Below the pieces are notes generated by a model. The model saw only the letters and a list, made by a program, of their open reading frames with translations. It was not told the DNA's origin and searched no databases. Of a DNA stretch of 50,358 nt, positions 27,347-37,300 are shown one piece after another. The translations under genes and the position numbers were made by a program. The stretch lies in NCBI GenBank assembly GCA_964625955.1, contig CAZVEW010000001.1, forward strand, positions 1 to 50,358. The letters run 5' to 3'. The stretch comes from an uncultured Vicingus sp. (lineage in GTDB: Bacteria; Bacteroidota; Bacteroidia; Flavobacteriales_E; Vicingaceae). The stretch's first letter is position 1, and every line of letters starts with the position of its first letter.

Positions 27347-28243
27347 ATGAAAAATACTTTTTTATTTTTATTTTCCCTGTTTACAATCAGCTCTTTTGCT
27401 CAAATTTTAGAAGTAAATCAGCCTGCTTTTGGCGAATTTCCATTTTTTAACACCTCCTTTATTAAAACCAATAAAATAAAAACTATAATTGCCTCTCGTT
27501 CTTCTAAAAAAGTAAAAGATATTATTAGAAAAAAAGGGCTCGATTATGAATACAGATTTAACACAAATGGGACTTTAAAAAGTCAAATGACTACCTTTTT
27601 AAAAAAAGGACACCTTAAAGATACCAACATTGTTACTTATCAATATAATAAAGAAGGTAAGGTTATTTGTATTAGAAAAAGTGATAATGGAGGGTATTTT
27701 TCTAATAATTATAAATTAGATGATGATGGAAACATCGTTAAACAAACTTATTGTAGAGATGAAAATGCTTCTCATTCTAAAAATAATTTTAAACTTTTAA
27801 AACAATACATTATTACAAGTGATAGTTTTTCTTATGACAAACCAAGTGAGAATCAGGTAAAAAAAATATTTTATAATAAATACAACAAACGTTATAAAAT
27901 ACAAACATCTTATTACAACGAATATGGCTATTTAGTGGAAAAATACACTAAATTTCTTATCGGAAATAGCAAATCTAAAATAAGCTATCAATACGATAAA
28001 AAAGGGAGGTTATCGAGAATAGATAATTTTTCTGATTTATCGCAAAACAACAAAATAAGTAAAACCTACATTTACGATGAAATTGGTAATGTTTTAGAAA
28101 TAAAAAATTACGAAAATGATAAATTTATCACAAGTAAGCAGTTTTTATATGACGAAAAAACAATGCTTTTAACCGCTCAAATAATTAAAGATATTGACAC
28201 CGAATTTATTAGAATAATTCAATATCGATACACTTTTTATTAG
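27347..28243 (+). CDS. Secreted repeat protein with RHS/YD-like Y-x-Y-D-x-x-G motifs
   Basis: Signal peptide MKNTFLFLFSLFTISSFAQ. Repeats include YEYRFNTNGTL, VTYQYNKEGKV, YKLDDDGNIV, ISYQYDKKGRLSRI and YIYDEIGNVLEI. The ATG directly abuts the fcl stop (TGAATG). Confidence 0.55.
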   Translation: MKNTFLFLFSLFTISSFAQILEVNQPAFGEFPFFNTSFIKTNKIKTIIASRSSKKVKDIIRKKGLDYEYRFNTNGTLKSQMTTFLKKGHLKDTNIVTYQYNKEGKVICIRKSDNGGYFSNNYKLDDDGNIVKQTYCRDENASHSKNNFKLLKQYIITSDSFSYDKPSENQVKKIFYNKYNKRYKIQTSYYNEYGYLVEKYTKFLIGNSKSKISYQYDKKGRLSRIDNFSDLSQNNKISKTYIYDEIGNVLEIKNYENDKFITSKQFLYDEKTMLLTAQIIKDIDTEFIRIIQYRYTFY

Positions 28244-28250
28244 CCTTCAA

Positions 28251-28814
28251 TTATTCTCCCCAGCGATAGCTTTCTTTTTCAATATTCATCAAATCTATAA
28301 CTCGATCAGTAACCGTTTGAGCAAGCTCTTCAATAGTTTTTGGTTGGTTATAAAAAGAAGGTGTGGCAGGGCAAATAATTCCGCCAGCCTCTGTAATTAG
28401 CTTCATATTGTTAATGTGAATTAAGCTGTAAGGCGTTTCCCTAACAACCAAAATTAGTTTTTGCCTTTCTTTTAAAATTACATCGGCAGCACGGGTTAGT
28501 AAATCGTTAGAAATACCATTGGCTATTCTGCCCAAAGTTCCCATAGAACAAGGAATAATAACCATTGTATCATATTTTGCCGAACCAGAAGCAAAAGGGG
28601 CATTAAAATCATTTTTATCATAAAAAGTAAACGGATATTTTTTATAATCTTCATTAGCTAATTCGTGTTGCCAAACAATTTTTGCATTGTCTGACAGTAA
28701 AACGCCAATCTCAGTATTATTTATTTTTGATAGAAATTCAAGGATAATTTTTGCATAAATACTACCCGAAGCCCCTGTAATGGCAATTATTATTTTTCTT
28801 TTTTTATGATTCAC
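28251..28814 (-). CDS. ubiX: Flavin prenyltransferase UbiX
   Basis: IIIAITGASGSIYA, IIPCSMGTLGRIANG, and ILKERQKLILVVRETP. Confidence 0.9.
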   Translation of the reverse strand: MNHKKRKIIIAITGASGSIYAKIILEFLSKINNTEIGVLLSDNAKIVWQHELANEDYKKYPFTFYDKNDFNAPFASGSAKYDTMVIIPCSMGTLGRIANGISNDLLTRAADVILKERQKLILVVRETPYSLIHINNMKLITEAGGIICPATPSFYNQPKTIEELAQTVTDRVIDLMNIEKESYRWGE

Positions 28815-29444
28815 TTATTCTCCAAATTGATATCTAACAGTAAGGTTTAAATCAACATTGTACCACCCTCTATTTAATAGTTTATTAAAAATACCAATGT
28901 TCTGGTCAAAGTTTTGAAAGTTTCTAAAGGGTAATAGTGAATTTTTTGAACGAAAATTAGCAGAAAAATGATTGTTTAGTTGGTAATAAAAGCCAATAAA
29001 TCCACCAAAATCATACTTCTTAATAGGGTAATTAACAACAGGAATTTTACCAAATTCATCTTCCATCTTATAATTAAGTAACGCACTATAATATAGCCCT
29101 GTTTCAAAAATAAATTTTTTGTATTGAAAGCGTAAAGCAATAGGTATTTCAATGTAGTTAAGACTTAATTTAAATGCATCATAATCGCTTTTACTAGGTT
29201 TTGCATTTTTCTGACTCCCTTTATTGATATAATAAATTTCAAATTGAGCAGACCAATCTTTAGCTAATTGGGTATTTGTAAATCCTCCTATTATTAATCC
29301 AAGTTTATTATACCCTGCATAACCATCTCCCTCAACTTGAGTAGCACTTAAACCAAAAATGGTTCCTGCTTTAAATACTTGAGCCAAGGAATTTTGATAG
29401 GCAAACAAAAAAATTAAAGCTGAAATTAAATAAAACTTCATCAT
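28815..29444 (-). CDS. Small outer-membrane beta-barrel (porin-family) protein
   Basis: Signal peptide, alternating beta-strand pattern and a terminal aromatic-rich strand (LTVRYQFGE). Confidence 0.65.
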   Translation of the reverse strand: MMKFYLISALIFLFAYQNSLAQVFKAGTIFGLSATQVEGDGYAGYNKLGLIIGGFTNTQLAKDWSAQFEIYYINKGSQKNAKPSKSDYDAFKLSLNYIEIPIALRFQYKKFIFETGLYYSALLNYKMEDEFGKIPVVNYPIKKYDFGGFIGFYYQLNNHFSANFRSKNSLLPFRNFQNFDQNIGIFNKLLNRGWYNVDLNLTVRYQFGE

Positions 29445-29497
29445 CCAAAGGTAATAAAAAGCACTTGAATAATTAGTTTAAAATCATTTAAAAGTTG

Positions 29498-30643
29498 TTA
29501 GCTATTGGCATTAAAAATTTCTGCTAACTTGTCTTGAAGCTCCTGACCTCTTATGTCTTTAGCAATAATTTTTCCGTTTTTATCAATTAAAACAGAATGA
29601 GGGATACCTCTTACACCATAAATTTTACCAACCGCATTCTTCCAACCTTTTAAATCACTAACTTGTGTCCATATTAAGCCATCTTTTTTAATGGCTTTCA
29701 ACCATTTTTCTTTATCCGCATCAAAAGAAACACCTAATATTTTAAAGCCTTTTTTATGATATTTTTTATATGCAGCAACTACATTTGGATTTTCTCTACG
29801 GCAAGGACCACACCATGATGCCCAAAAATCGATTAAAACATAGCTTCCCCTGTATGTTTCTAATGAAACAGGATTTCCGTCTTTATCATTCATGGTAAAC
29901 GTTGGTGCTATCTTTCCGATAGCTGTACTATTAAGAACGGTAATTCTATTTTCTATCTGTTTTACATATTCTGATGTTCTGATAGTATCAGAAAAATCTT
30001 TGTCTAATGCTTTTAACACTTTTACATCTTCATTTAACATGTATTTTAATACTAAATAAGGGGCAATTACAGTGTTTGAATTGGCTTGAATAAACTCTTG
30101 AATAAAAATTTCTCGTAAAGAATCTTGATAAGAATATTTAACATCTAAATCTTCCATCTGTTTTTTGTTAGCACTTTTTTCTGCCAAAAAATATTGTTCA
30201 GCAATTGTGTCCATTTCTCCTTCATAGACGCTTATCTTATTATTAAAATCTTTTAATTGCTTATTTATTGTTGAGCCCGTAATAGAAAAATTATTTTTAT
30301 CAAGAGATGAACCTGTAACCAAAATATTACTGTTTTCTACAAATATGGAAATTTTATCCTCTTCTCTATCAAAAAAAACGTATTCCATTTTAGGAAGTTG
30401 GACACTTCCTGTAAATAAAAACTTACCATTATGAATGGGTACAGAATCAATTTTAACAAACTCCCCATCTGTATAATTAGCTAAATAAGCTTTTTTATAA
30501 CCTACACTATCTAGTTTAATTTCAATACTAAATGTTGGCGTTTTAGTCTGTCCAACAATTTCTTTTTTGCTTGTATTTTCACAAGATAAAATAATTAATA
30601 TTATAAGTATTGCACTAATTTTTTGTACAACATATTTTTTCAT
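29498..30643 (-). CDS. TlpA/ResA-like thiol:disulfide oxidoreductase with N-terminal DUF4369-like domain
   Basis: Thioredoxin fold with the WASWCGPCRRENP active site. Lipoprotein-like leader (ILSCEN). Confidence 0.85.
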   Translation of the reverse strand: MKKYVVQKISAILIILIILSCENTSKKEIVGQTKTPTFSIEIKLDSVGYKKAYLANYTDGEFVKIDSVPIHNGKFLFTGSVQLPKMEYVFFDREEDKISIFVENSNILVTGSSLDKNNFSITGSTINKQLKDFNNKISVYEGEMDTIAEQYFLAEKSANKKQMEDLDVKYSYQDSLREIFIQEFIQANSNTVIAPYLVLKYMLNEDVKVLKALDKDFSDTIRTSEYVKQIENRITVLNSTAIGKIAPTFTMNDKDGNPVSLETYRGSYVLIDFWASWCGPCRRENPNVVAAYKKYHKKGFKILGVSFDADKEKWLKAIKKDGLIWTQVSDLKGWKNAVGKIYGVRGIPHSVLIDKNGKIIAKDIRGQELQDKLAEIFNANS

Positions 30644-30704
30644 AATCTTCTTTATAAAATTTACTCCAAGATTAAATATAAAAACAAAATACCATGCAAA
30701 ATAA

Positions 30705-31388
30705 TTAGTATGTTTCTATCAATTTTTTAGTTAAGGTTGGAATCCCAATACTAGCTTTTTCTTTTATTATTTCGATATTATTTATTAATCCTTTATTTAC
30801 ATCCTTCGGGTCTATCAAATATTTTTTACACTTATCGGTAACATGATTAACAATGTTTGCTGCGGGGTAAACGTTTAAAGAGGTTCCGATAATAATTAAA
30901 ATGTCAGCGATTTCACAAATTTTAATGGCTATATCCATGTTTGGTACAGGTTCGCCAAACCAAACGACATCTGGTCTTAATTGTTTATTATTTTTGCAAT
31001 AATCACCATAATTTATGGTCGTTATTTTGTGTTTTTCATTTTTATCAACAACACTTCTTGATTTTAATATCTCACCATGTAAATGTAAAACCTTAGTAGA
31101 ACCAGCTCTTTCGTGTAAATCATCAATGTTTTGAGTAATAATTTCTACATTATAGTAATGCTCTAATTCTACTAAAGAGATATGAGCTTTGTTTGGCTTA
31201 GCAGCCACAACCTGTTTTCTTCTTAAATTATAAAACTCTAAAACCTTTTTAGGATTTTTAATCCAAGCTTCGGGCGTGGCTACTTCATTAATATTGTATT
31301 TTTCCCATAATCCTCCACTATCCCGAAATGTTTTTAACCCACTCTCAGCACTAATACCAGCTCCAGAAAAAACAACTATATTTTTCAC
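30705..31388 (-). CDS. cobB: NAD-dependent protein deacylase (Sir2/CobB family)
   Basis: VFSGAGISAESGLKTFRD.GGLW, TQNIDDLHERAG, HLHGE, RPDVVWFGE. GTG start. Confidence 0.88.
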   Translation of the reverse strand: MKNIVVFSGAGISAESGLKTFRDSGGLWEKYNINEVATPEAWIKNPKKVLEFYNLRRKQVVAAKPNKAHISLVELEHYYNVEIITQNIDDLHERAGSTKVLHLHGEILKSRSVVDKNEKHKITTINYGDYCKNNKQLRPDVVWFGEPVPNMDIAIKICEIADILIIIGTSLNVYPAANIVNHVTDKCKKYLIDPKDVNKGLINNIEIIKEKASIGIPTLTKKLIETY

Positions 31389-31499
31389 AATAGTAAATTA
31401 ACTTTTATTGTTGTAAAAATATTCATTTTTTTATTGATTTGAATGAGTAGATAATAATAAATATAATACTAACTTTACGAGTTTGATTAAAAATTTCTC

Positions 31500-33770
31500 A
31501 TGAAAAAATCTAGGAAATATAAAGAAGCTTTAGACTACCATTCACACGGTAAAGCAGGAAAAATAGAAGTCAATCCAACAAAGCCTTATAGATCTCCTCG
31601 TGACTTAGGTTTGGCATATTCTCCAGGAGTAGCAGCACCATGTCTCGAAATTAAAGAAAAACAAGATGATGTGTATCAATACACAGCAAAAGGCAACTTG
31701 GTAGCTGTAATTTCTAATGGAACTGCTGTTTTAGGCTTAGGGAATATTGGTCCCCATGCTGCGAAACCAGTTATGGAAGGAAAAGGCTTGCTGTTCAAAA
31801 TTTTTGCCGATATTGATGTTTTTGATATTGAAGTTGACGCTTCTAATGTCGATTTATTTGTAAACACTGTTAAAGCAATCTCACCAACTTTTGGAGGTAT
31901 TAATTTAGAAGATATTAAAGCCCCTGAATGTTTTGAAATTGAAGAACGATTAAAAAAGGAACTGAAAATTCCCGTAATGCACGATGACCAGCATGGTACA
32001 GCAATAATATCTTCTGCTGCCTTACTTAATTCCGCTGAGCTTACTAACAAAAAGATAGAAAACATTAAGTTGGTTGTAAGTGGAGCGGGAGCAGCAGCCA
32101 TGTCGTGTACAAAATTATATACTTGCCTAGGAGTTAAGAAAGAAAATATTGTGATGGTGGATAGTTCTGGTGTAATTAGAAAAGACAGAAAAGGATTGTC
32201 TGGGTTAAAAAAGCTTTTTGCAACAGCAAGAAAAATTAATACCTTGGAAGAGGCAATTATTGGTGCTGATGTGTTTTTAGGATTATCTAAAGGAGGTATC
32301 TTAAGCAAAGAAATGGTTAAAAAAATGGCAAAAAACCCAATTGTATTTGCATTGGCAAACCCAGACCCCGAAATAACTTATGAAGATGCTTTAAGTGCAA
32401 GAAAAGATATAATTATCGCAACTGGTCGTTCCGATTACCCAAACCAAGTAAATAATGTATTAGGTTTCCCTTTTATTTTTAGAGGAGCCCTTGATGTAAG
32501 AGCAACTTGTATTAACGAAGAAATGAAATTAGCAGCAGTTAAAGCTATAGCAAATCTTGCAAAAGAAGCTGTTCCAGAAATTGTAAATGTTGCCTACCAC
32601 GAAAAAACACTAACTTTTGGCAAAGATTTTATTATTCCTAAGCCACTCGATCCTCGCTTAATTACTACCGTAGCCCCTGCAGTTGCTAAAGCAGCTATGG
32701 ATTCAGGAGTAGCTCAACATAAAATAAAAGATTTTAAATTATATAAACAAGAATTAGCAAAACGACTAGGGCTCGAAAATGAATTGCTTAAAAACATTAC
32801 ACTTAAAGCAAAAGGAGATCCAAAACGAATTGCTTTTGCCGAAGCCGATAATTATAAAATTTTAAAAGCAGCATTAATTCTTAACGAAGAAGGTATTGCC
32901 AAACCAATACTTTTAGGAAAAGTTAAAAAAATTGAAGCCTTGGTTGAAGAGTATAAACTAGATTTAGGAGATATTCCTATTATTGACCCACGAAGTTCTA
33001 GCCAAGATGAAACAAAACAGAAATATGCTGAATACCTGTTCAATAAAAGAAAAAGAAGGGGCGTTACACTTCCGGAGGCCAGAGACATGATGAGAAGCAG
33101 AAACTATTTTGGCTCTGCAATGGTTGAATTTGGAGATGCAGACGCCCTAATTTCTGGGCTAACAAGAAATTATAGAAATACCATAAGACCCGCAATGCAG
33201 GTTATTGGTGTTGATGATGATTGTGAAATTATAGCAGGAATGTACATTTTATTTACTAAGATGGGACCTTTTTTCTTTGCCGATACCACAATAAATGTAA
33301 ACCCAACAGCACAAGAAATAGTTCATATTACTACTTTGGTTGCCAAAATTGTAAGACGATTTAAAATGGAGCCAAAAGTAGCTTTACTTTCCTACTCTAA
33401 CTTTGGCTCTGCCGATGGTGAAGATCCATTAAAAATGAGAGAAGCAACAAAAATTTTGCACGAACAACATCCCGATATAATTGTTGATGGAGATATTCAA
33501 GCAAATTTTGCTGTAAACAGAGACTTAAGAACAGAAATTTTCCCGTTCTCAGAATTGGCTAAACAAAAAACCAATACCTTAATATTTCCCAACCTTTCGG
33601 CAGGAAATATTGCCTATAAATTAATGCAAGAAATGGGTGGCTCTGAAGCCATCGGACCAATATTACTAGGTATGAAAAAACCAGTCCATATTTTGCAGTT
33701 AGGAAGTTCGGTTAGAGAAATTGTTAATATGGTAACCATTGCAGTTGCAGATGTACAAACTAGAAAATAA
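31500..33770 (+). CDS. maeB: NADP-dependent malic enzyme (malic enzyme + PTA-like domain)
   Basis: LAYSPGVA, VISNGTAVLGLGNIG, FGGINLEDI. The C-terminal half is phosphotransacetylase-like. Confidence 0.93.
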   Translation: MKKSRKYKEALDYHSHGKAGKIEVNPTKPYRSPRDLGLAYSPGVAAPCLEIKEKQDDVYQYTAKGNLVAVISNGTAVLGLGNIGPHAAKPVMEGKGLLFKIFADIDVFDIEVDASNVDLFVNTVKAISPTFGGINLEDIKAPECFEIEERLKKELKIPVMHDDQHGTAIISSAALLNSAELTNKKIENIKLVVSGAGAAAMSCTKLYTCLGVKKENIVMVDSSGVIRKDRKGLSGLKKLFATARKINTLEEAIIGADVFLGLSKGGILSKEMVKKMAKNPIVFALANPDPEITYEDALSARKDIIIATGRSDYPNQVNNVLGFPFIFRGALDVRATCINEEMKLAAVKAIANLAKEAVPEIVNVAYHEKTLTFGKDFIIPKPLDPRLITTVAPAVAKAAMDSGVAQHKIKDFKLYKQELAKRLGLENELLKNITLKAKGDPKRIAFAEADNYKILKAALILNEEGIAKPILLGKVKKIEALVEEYKLDLGDIPIIDPRSSSQDETKQKYAEYLFNKRKRRGVTLPEARDMMRSRNYFGSAMVEFGDADALISGLTRNYRNTIRPAMQVIGVDDDCEIIAGMYILFTKMGPFFFADTTINVNPTAQEIVHITTLVAKIVRRFKMEPKVALLSYSNFGSADGEDPLKMREATKILHEQHPDIIVDGDIQANFAVNRDLRTEIFPFSELAKQKTNTLIFPNLSAGNIAYKLMQEMGGSEAIGPILLGMKKPVHILQLGSSVREIVNMVTIAVADVQTRK

Positions 33771-33772
33771 TT

Positions 33773-34357
33773 ATGATAGCACAAATAAAAGGAAGATTAA
33801 TTGAAAAAACACCAACCTACGTTGTAATAGATTGCAATGGTGTTGGATATGAATTAAAAATTTCGTTAAATACCTATTCCAAATTGGGAGATAATGAATT
33901 TTGCACCCTATTTTCTCACTTTGTTGTTAGAGAAGATGCACAACTTTTGTATGGATTTAAAGAGAAAAGCGAAAGAGAATTGTTTAGATTATTAATCTCT
34001 GTTTCAGGGGTTGGTTCAAGTACCGCAATGATGATACTGTCATCATTATCTCCTGCCGAAACAAAAAATGCTATTTTAACAGGTGATGTACCTACCCTTA
34101 AAGGTGTTAAAGGAATAGGTATAAAAACAGCCGAAAGAATAATTATTGATTTAAGAGATAAAATTTCTAAACTTGAAGGTATTGATAATACAATTTCTAC
34201 CTCTTTACACAATACTATTAAAGAAGAAGCGTTAAGTGCTTTGATTATGTTAGGTTTCGCAAAAAAACCTGCAGATACCGCATTAACTAAAATTATAGCA
34301 ACTAGGGAAGAACTAACTGTTGAGGAACTTATTAAACGAACTTTAAAGAACCTTTAG
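33773..34357 (+). CDS. ruvA: Holliday junction branch migration protein RuvA
   Basis: MIAQIKGRL..K.P.YVVIDCNGVGYEL.IS, SVSGVGSSTA, and the HhH motif GIGIKTAERI. Confidence 0.93.
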   Translation: MIAQIKGRLIEKTPTYVVIDCNGVGYELKISLNTYSKLGDNEFCTLFSHFVVREDAQLLYGFKEKSERELFRLLISVSGVGSSTAMMILSSLSPAETKNAILTGDVPTLKGVKGIGIKTAERIIIDLRDKISKLEGIDNTISTSLHNTIKEEALSALIMLGFAKKPADTALTKIIATREELTVEELIKRTLKNL

Positions 34358-34373
34358 TAAGAGTATTATTAAT

Positions 34374-37300
34374 TTGAATTTTAAAGTAAACAAATATACA
34401 AAGTTTGGCTTTGCCTTTGGCTTGGTAGCCATTCTTATGGCTATAAACCTCCTTTCCTCCCCTAATTATTCTAATGCAACTCCTCTTAAGAATAGCATTA
34501 AAACACTGCTTGTCGATAGCCCTGATATTGATTTAAAATATCCGTTTGCTGATGGAATAGGAGGGCCAGAAGAACATAATACAGGTGGCTTATATTTAAA
34601 CAACCCTAGTAATATAAAATCAGGATTCCAATACGACCCAGAAACAGGCACTTATAATTACTACGAAAAAATAGGAGATAGATTATTTAAATACCCGACC
34701 TATATGAGTTTTGATGAATATTTAAAATACGATTCAAAAAAATCTTTACAAGATTACTGGAAACAAAAATCAGAGGCGGAAGACATTAACCAAACAAAAG
34801 GATTTAAACCTTTAATTATTAGTAAAAATGCAGGTATTTTTGGTGATGGTCCTATTGAAATAATACCGCAAGGTTCCGCAGAATTATCGTTTGGTATAAA
34901 TAGGTCAACAAGAGACAACCCTGCTTTACCTGTTGACCAAAGAAGTACGACAACTTTTGATTTTAATCAAAAAATACAGTTAAATGTTGTAGGAAATATT
35001 GGCTCTAAACTTAAATTAAAAACAAGTTATAATACAGAAGCAACCTTTGATTTTGAAAACCAAATGAATATCGGCTATACGGGAAATGAAGATGAAATAC
35101 TTCAAAAAGTTGAAGCAGGAAACGTATCCTTACCTTTGAAAGGCTCTTTAATTAGTGGCAGTCAAACCTTATTTGGTATAAAAACAGAAATGAAATTTGG
35201 AAGGTTATCTGTTACAACTGTTCTATCCCAAGAAAAAGGAGAAAAAAAAGAAATTACTGTTCAAGGAGGTGCTCAAATACAAAAATTCGAAAAAGAGGCC
35301 TCTCAATATGAAGAAAATAAGCACTATTTTTTGTCCCAATATTTTAGAGACACCTACGAAAATTCATTATCAACCCCTCCAGTCATATCTTCTCGTGCAA
35401 ACATCACTAAAATAGAAGTTTGGGTTTCTAATGTTAACCATTCTGTAGTAAACACTAAAAATATTATTGGATTTATGGATTTGGGCGAAGGAACGCAAGC
35501 AAACATTTACAATGACCCCTTAATTACTGATGCTAACACTACTCCAAATAAAAACTACCCTGATAATTATGCTAATACTCTTTACCCTGATTTAACAGCA
35601 AACCCTATTAACCCTTTGTATGATACAACAGCAATAAGAGGTTTTGTAAACGCAAGCCAAGCACTAGAAAGTATTGGATATAAAAATGGTATCGATTTTG
35701 AAAAATATGAAAATGCACGTTTATTACAACCAACAGAATTTACATTAAATGCCCAGTTAGGCTATATTTCGTTAAATTCATCCCTTAATTCTGATGATAT
35801 TTTAGCTGTATCTTTCCAATATACATTAGATGGCAAAGTATACCAAGTTGGTGAGTTTTCTACCGATGGGGTTAGTGGTCAGAATGCCTTATTTGTAAAA
35901 TTATTACGAGGAACAACCATAAACACTAAATTGCCAACATGGAATTTAATGATGAAAAATGTTTATTCTTTAGGGGCTTTTAATATTTCATCTAAAGATT
36001 TTTTCTTAGATATTTACTTTTTAGATCCTGCTACTGGCGTTGAAATTCCTTTTATCCCTGAAGGAGCAATAAATGGACTACCTTTAATTAGTGTTTTAAA
36101 CTTAGACAGGGTAAATACAATTAACCAAGCTAACTCCGATGGGGTATTCGATTTTATTAATGGCATTACTATAAACGCAAATACTGGAAGGGTTTATTTT
36201 CCCGTATTAGAACCATTTGGATCACATTTAAGAAGTAAATTTACAAATCCGCAGCTAGCCGATAAATATGCCTACGATTCACTTTATGTTACCACACAAA
36301 CCTTAGCGGAGCAAGATGCAACTAAAAATAGGTTTAAAATAAAAGGGCAATATTCCTCCTCCTCAAGCTCCGATATTAGACTAAACTCCATGAACATTCC
36401 TCAAGGATCCGTAGTTGTTACCGCTGGGGGAGCAACACTTACTGAAAATGTTGATTACACCGTTGATTATAACTTAGGAAGTGTTAAAATTATAGATGAC
36501 GGAATTTTACAATCAGGTACACCAATAAAAATATCTTTAGAAAGTCAATCGCTTTTCAATATTCAAACCAAAACATTAATGGGATCTCGCCTCGATTATA
36601 AATTTAACGATGATTTTAATATTGGAGGTACTATTCTTAAACTTTCAGAAAAACCATTAACTCGTAAAATAAATTTAGGAGACGAACCTATCAATAATAC
36701 CATTTGGGGGCTCGATTTTACTTATAAAAAAGATGTTCCTCTACTTACACGATGGGTAGATAAATTACCTATTTACAGTACTAAACAAAAATCTACAATT
36801 ACATTAGAAGGCGAATTTGCACAACTAATTCCGGGCAACCCAAGTGCTATTACTAAAAATGGCGTAGCTTATTTAGATGATTTTGAAGGAAGCCAATCAA
36901 CCATTGATATGACAACCGTATCACAATGGAAATTAGCGAGCACCCCACAAGGGCAATCCGACTTATTTCCTGAAGGAGTACTGCCTTATTCTGACTCATT
37001 AGCTTTTGGATTTAATAGAGCAAAATTGGCATGGTATGTTATTGATCCTCTATTTTGGAGAAATGACTCCAGAACACCCCCAAATGTAAAAAATGATCCA
37101 ACCATGCAATCTAACCACTACATGAGAGAAGTACTAGAAACAGAAGTATTTCCCTTTAAAAGCCCTAATAACGGAATAGTCACAAACTTATCCGTTTTAG
37201 ATTTGGCCTATTATCCAACAGAAAGAGGAATGTACAACTTTGATGATGGCTCCGTTCCTTCAATTGGTTCAGGAATGACTTCTACAGGAACATTAATTAA

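Noticed and set aside
30705-31388. The Sir2-domain gene as an anti-phage defence effector (Thoeris ThsA, DSR or SIR2-HerA type).
   Set aside because: At 227 aa it has full-length CobB-type deacylase motifs. It has no fused SLOG/TIR/helicase domain and no partner gene. Its neighbours are housekeeping genes.
31676-32308. 210-aa ORF antisense to maeB. Similar antisense ORFs lie at 32852-33088, 33916-34212, 38609-39055, 14747-15052 and 26076-26375.
   Set aside because: They lie fully inside strongly supported genes on the opposite strand. They have low-complexity Ser/Ile/Phe/Leu-rich translations and no motifs. These are typical shadow ORFs.
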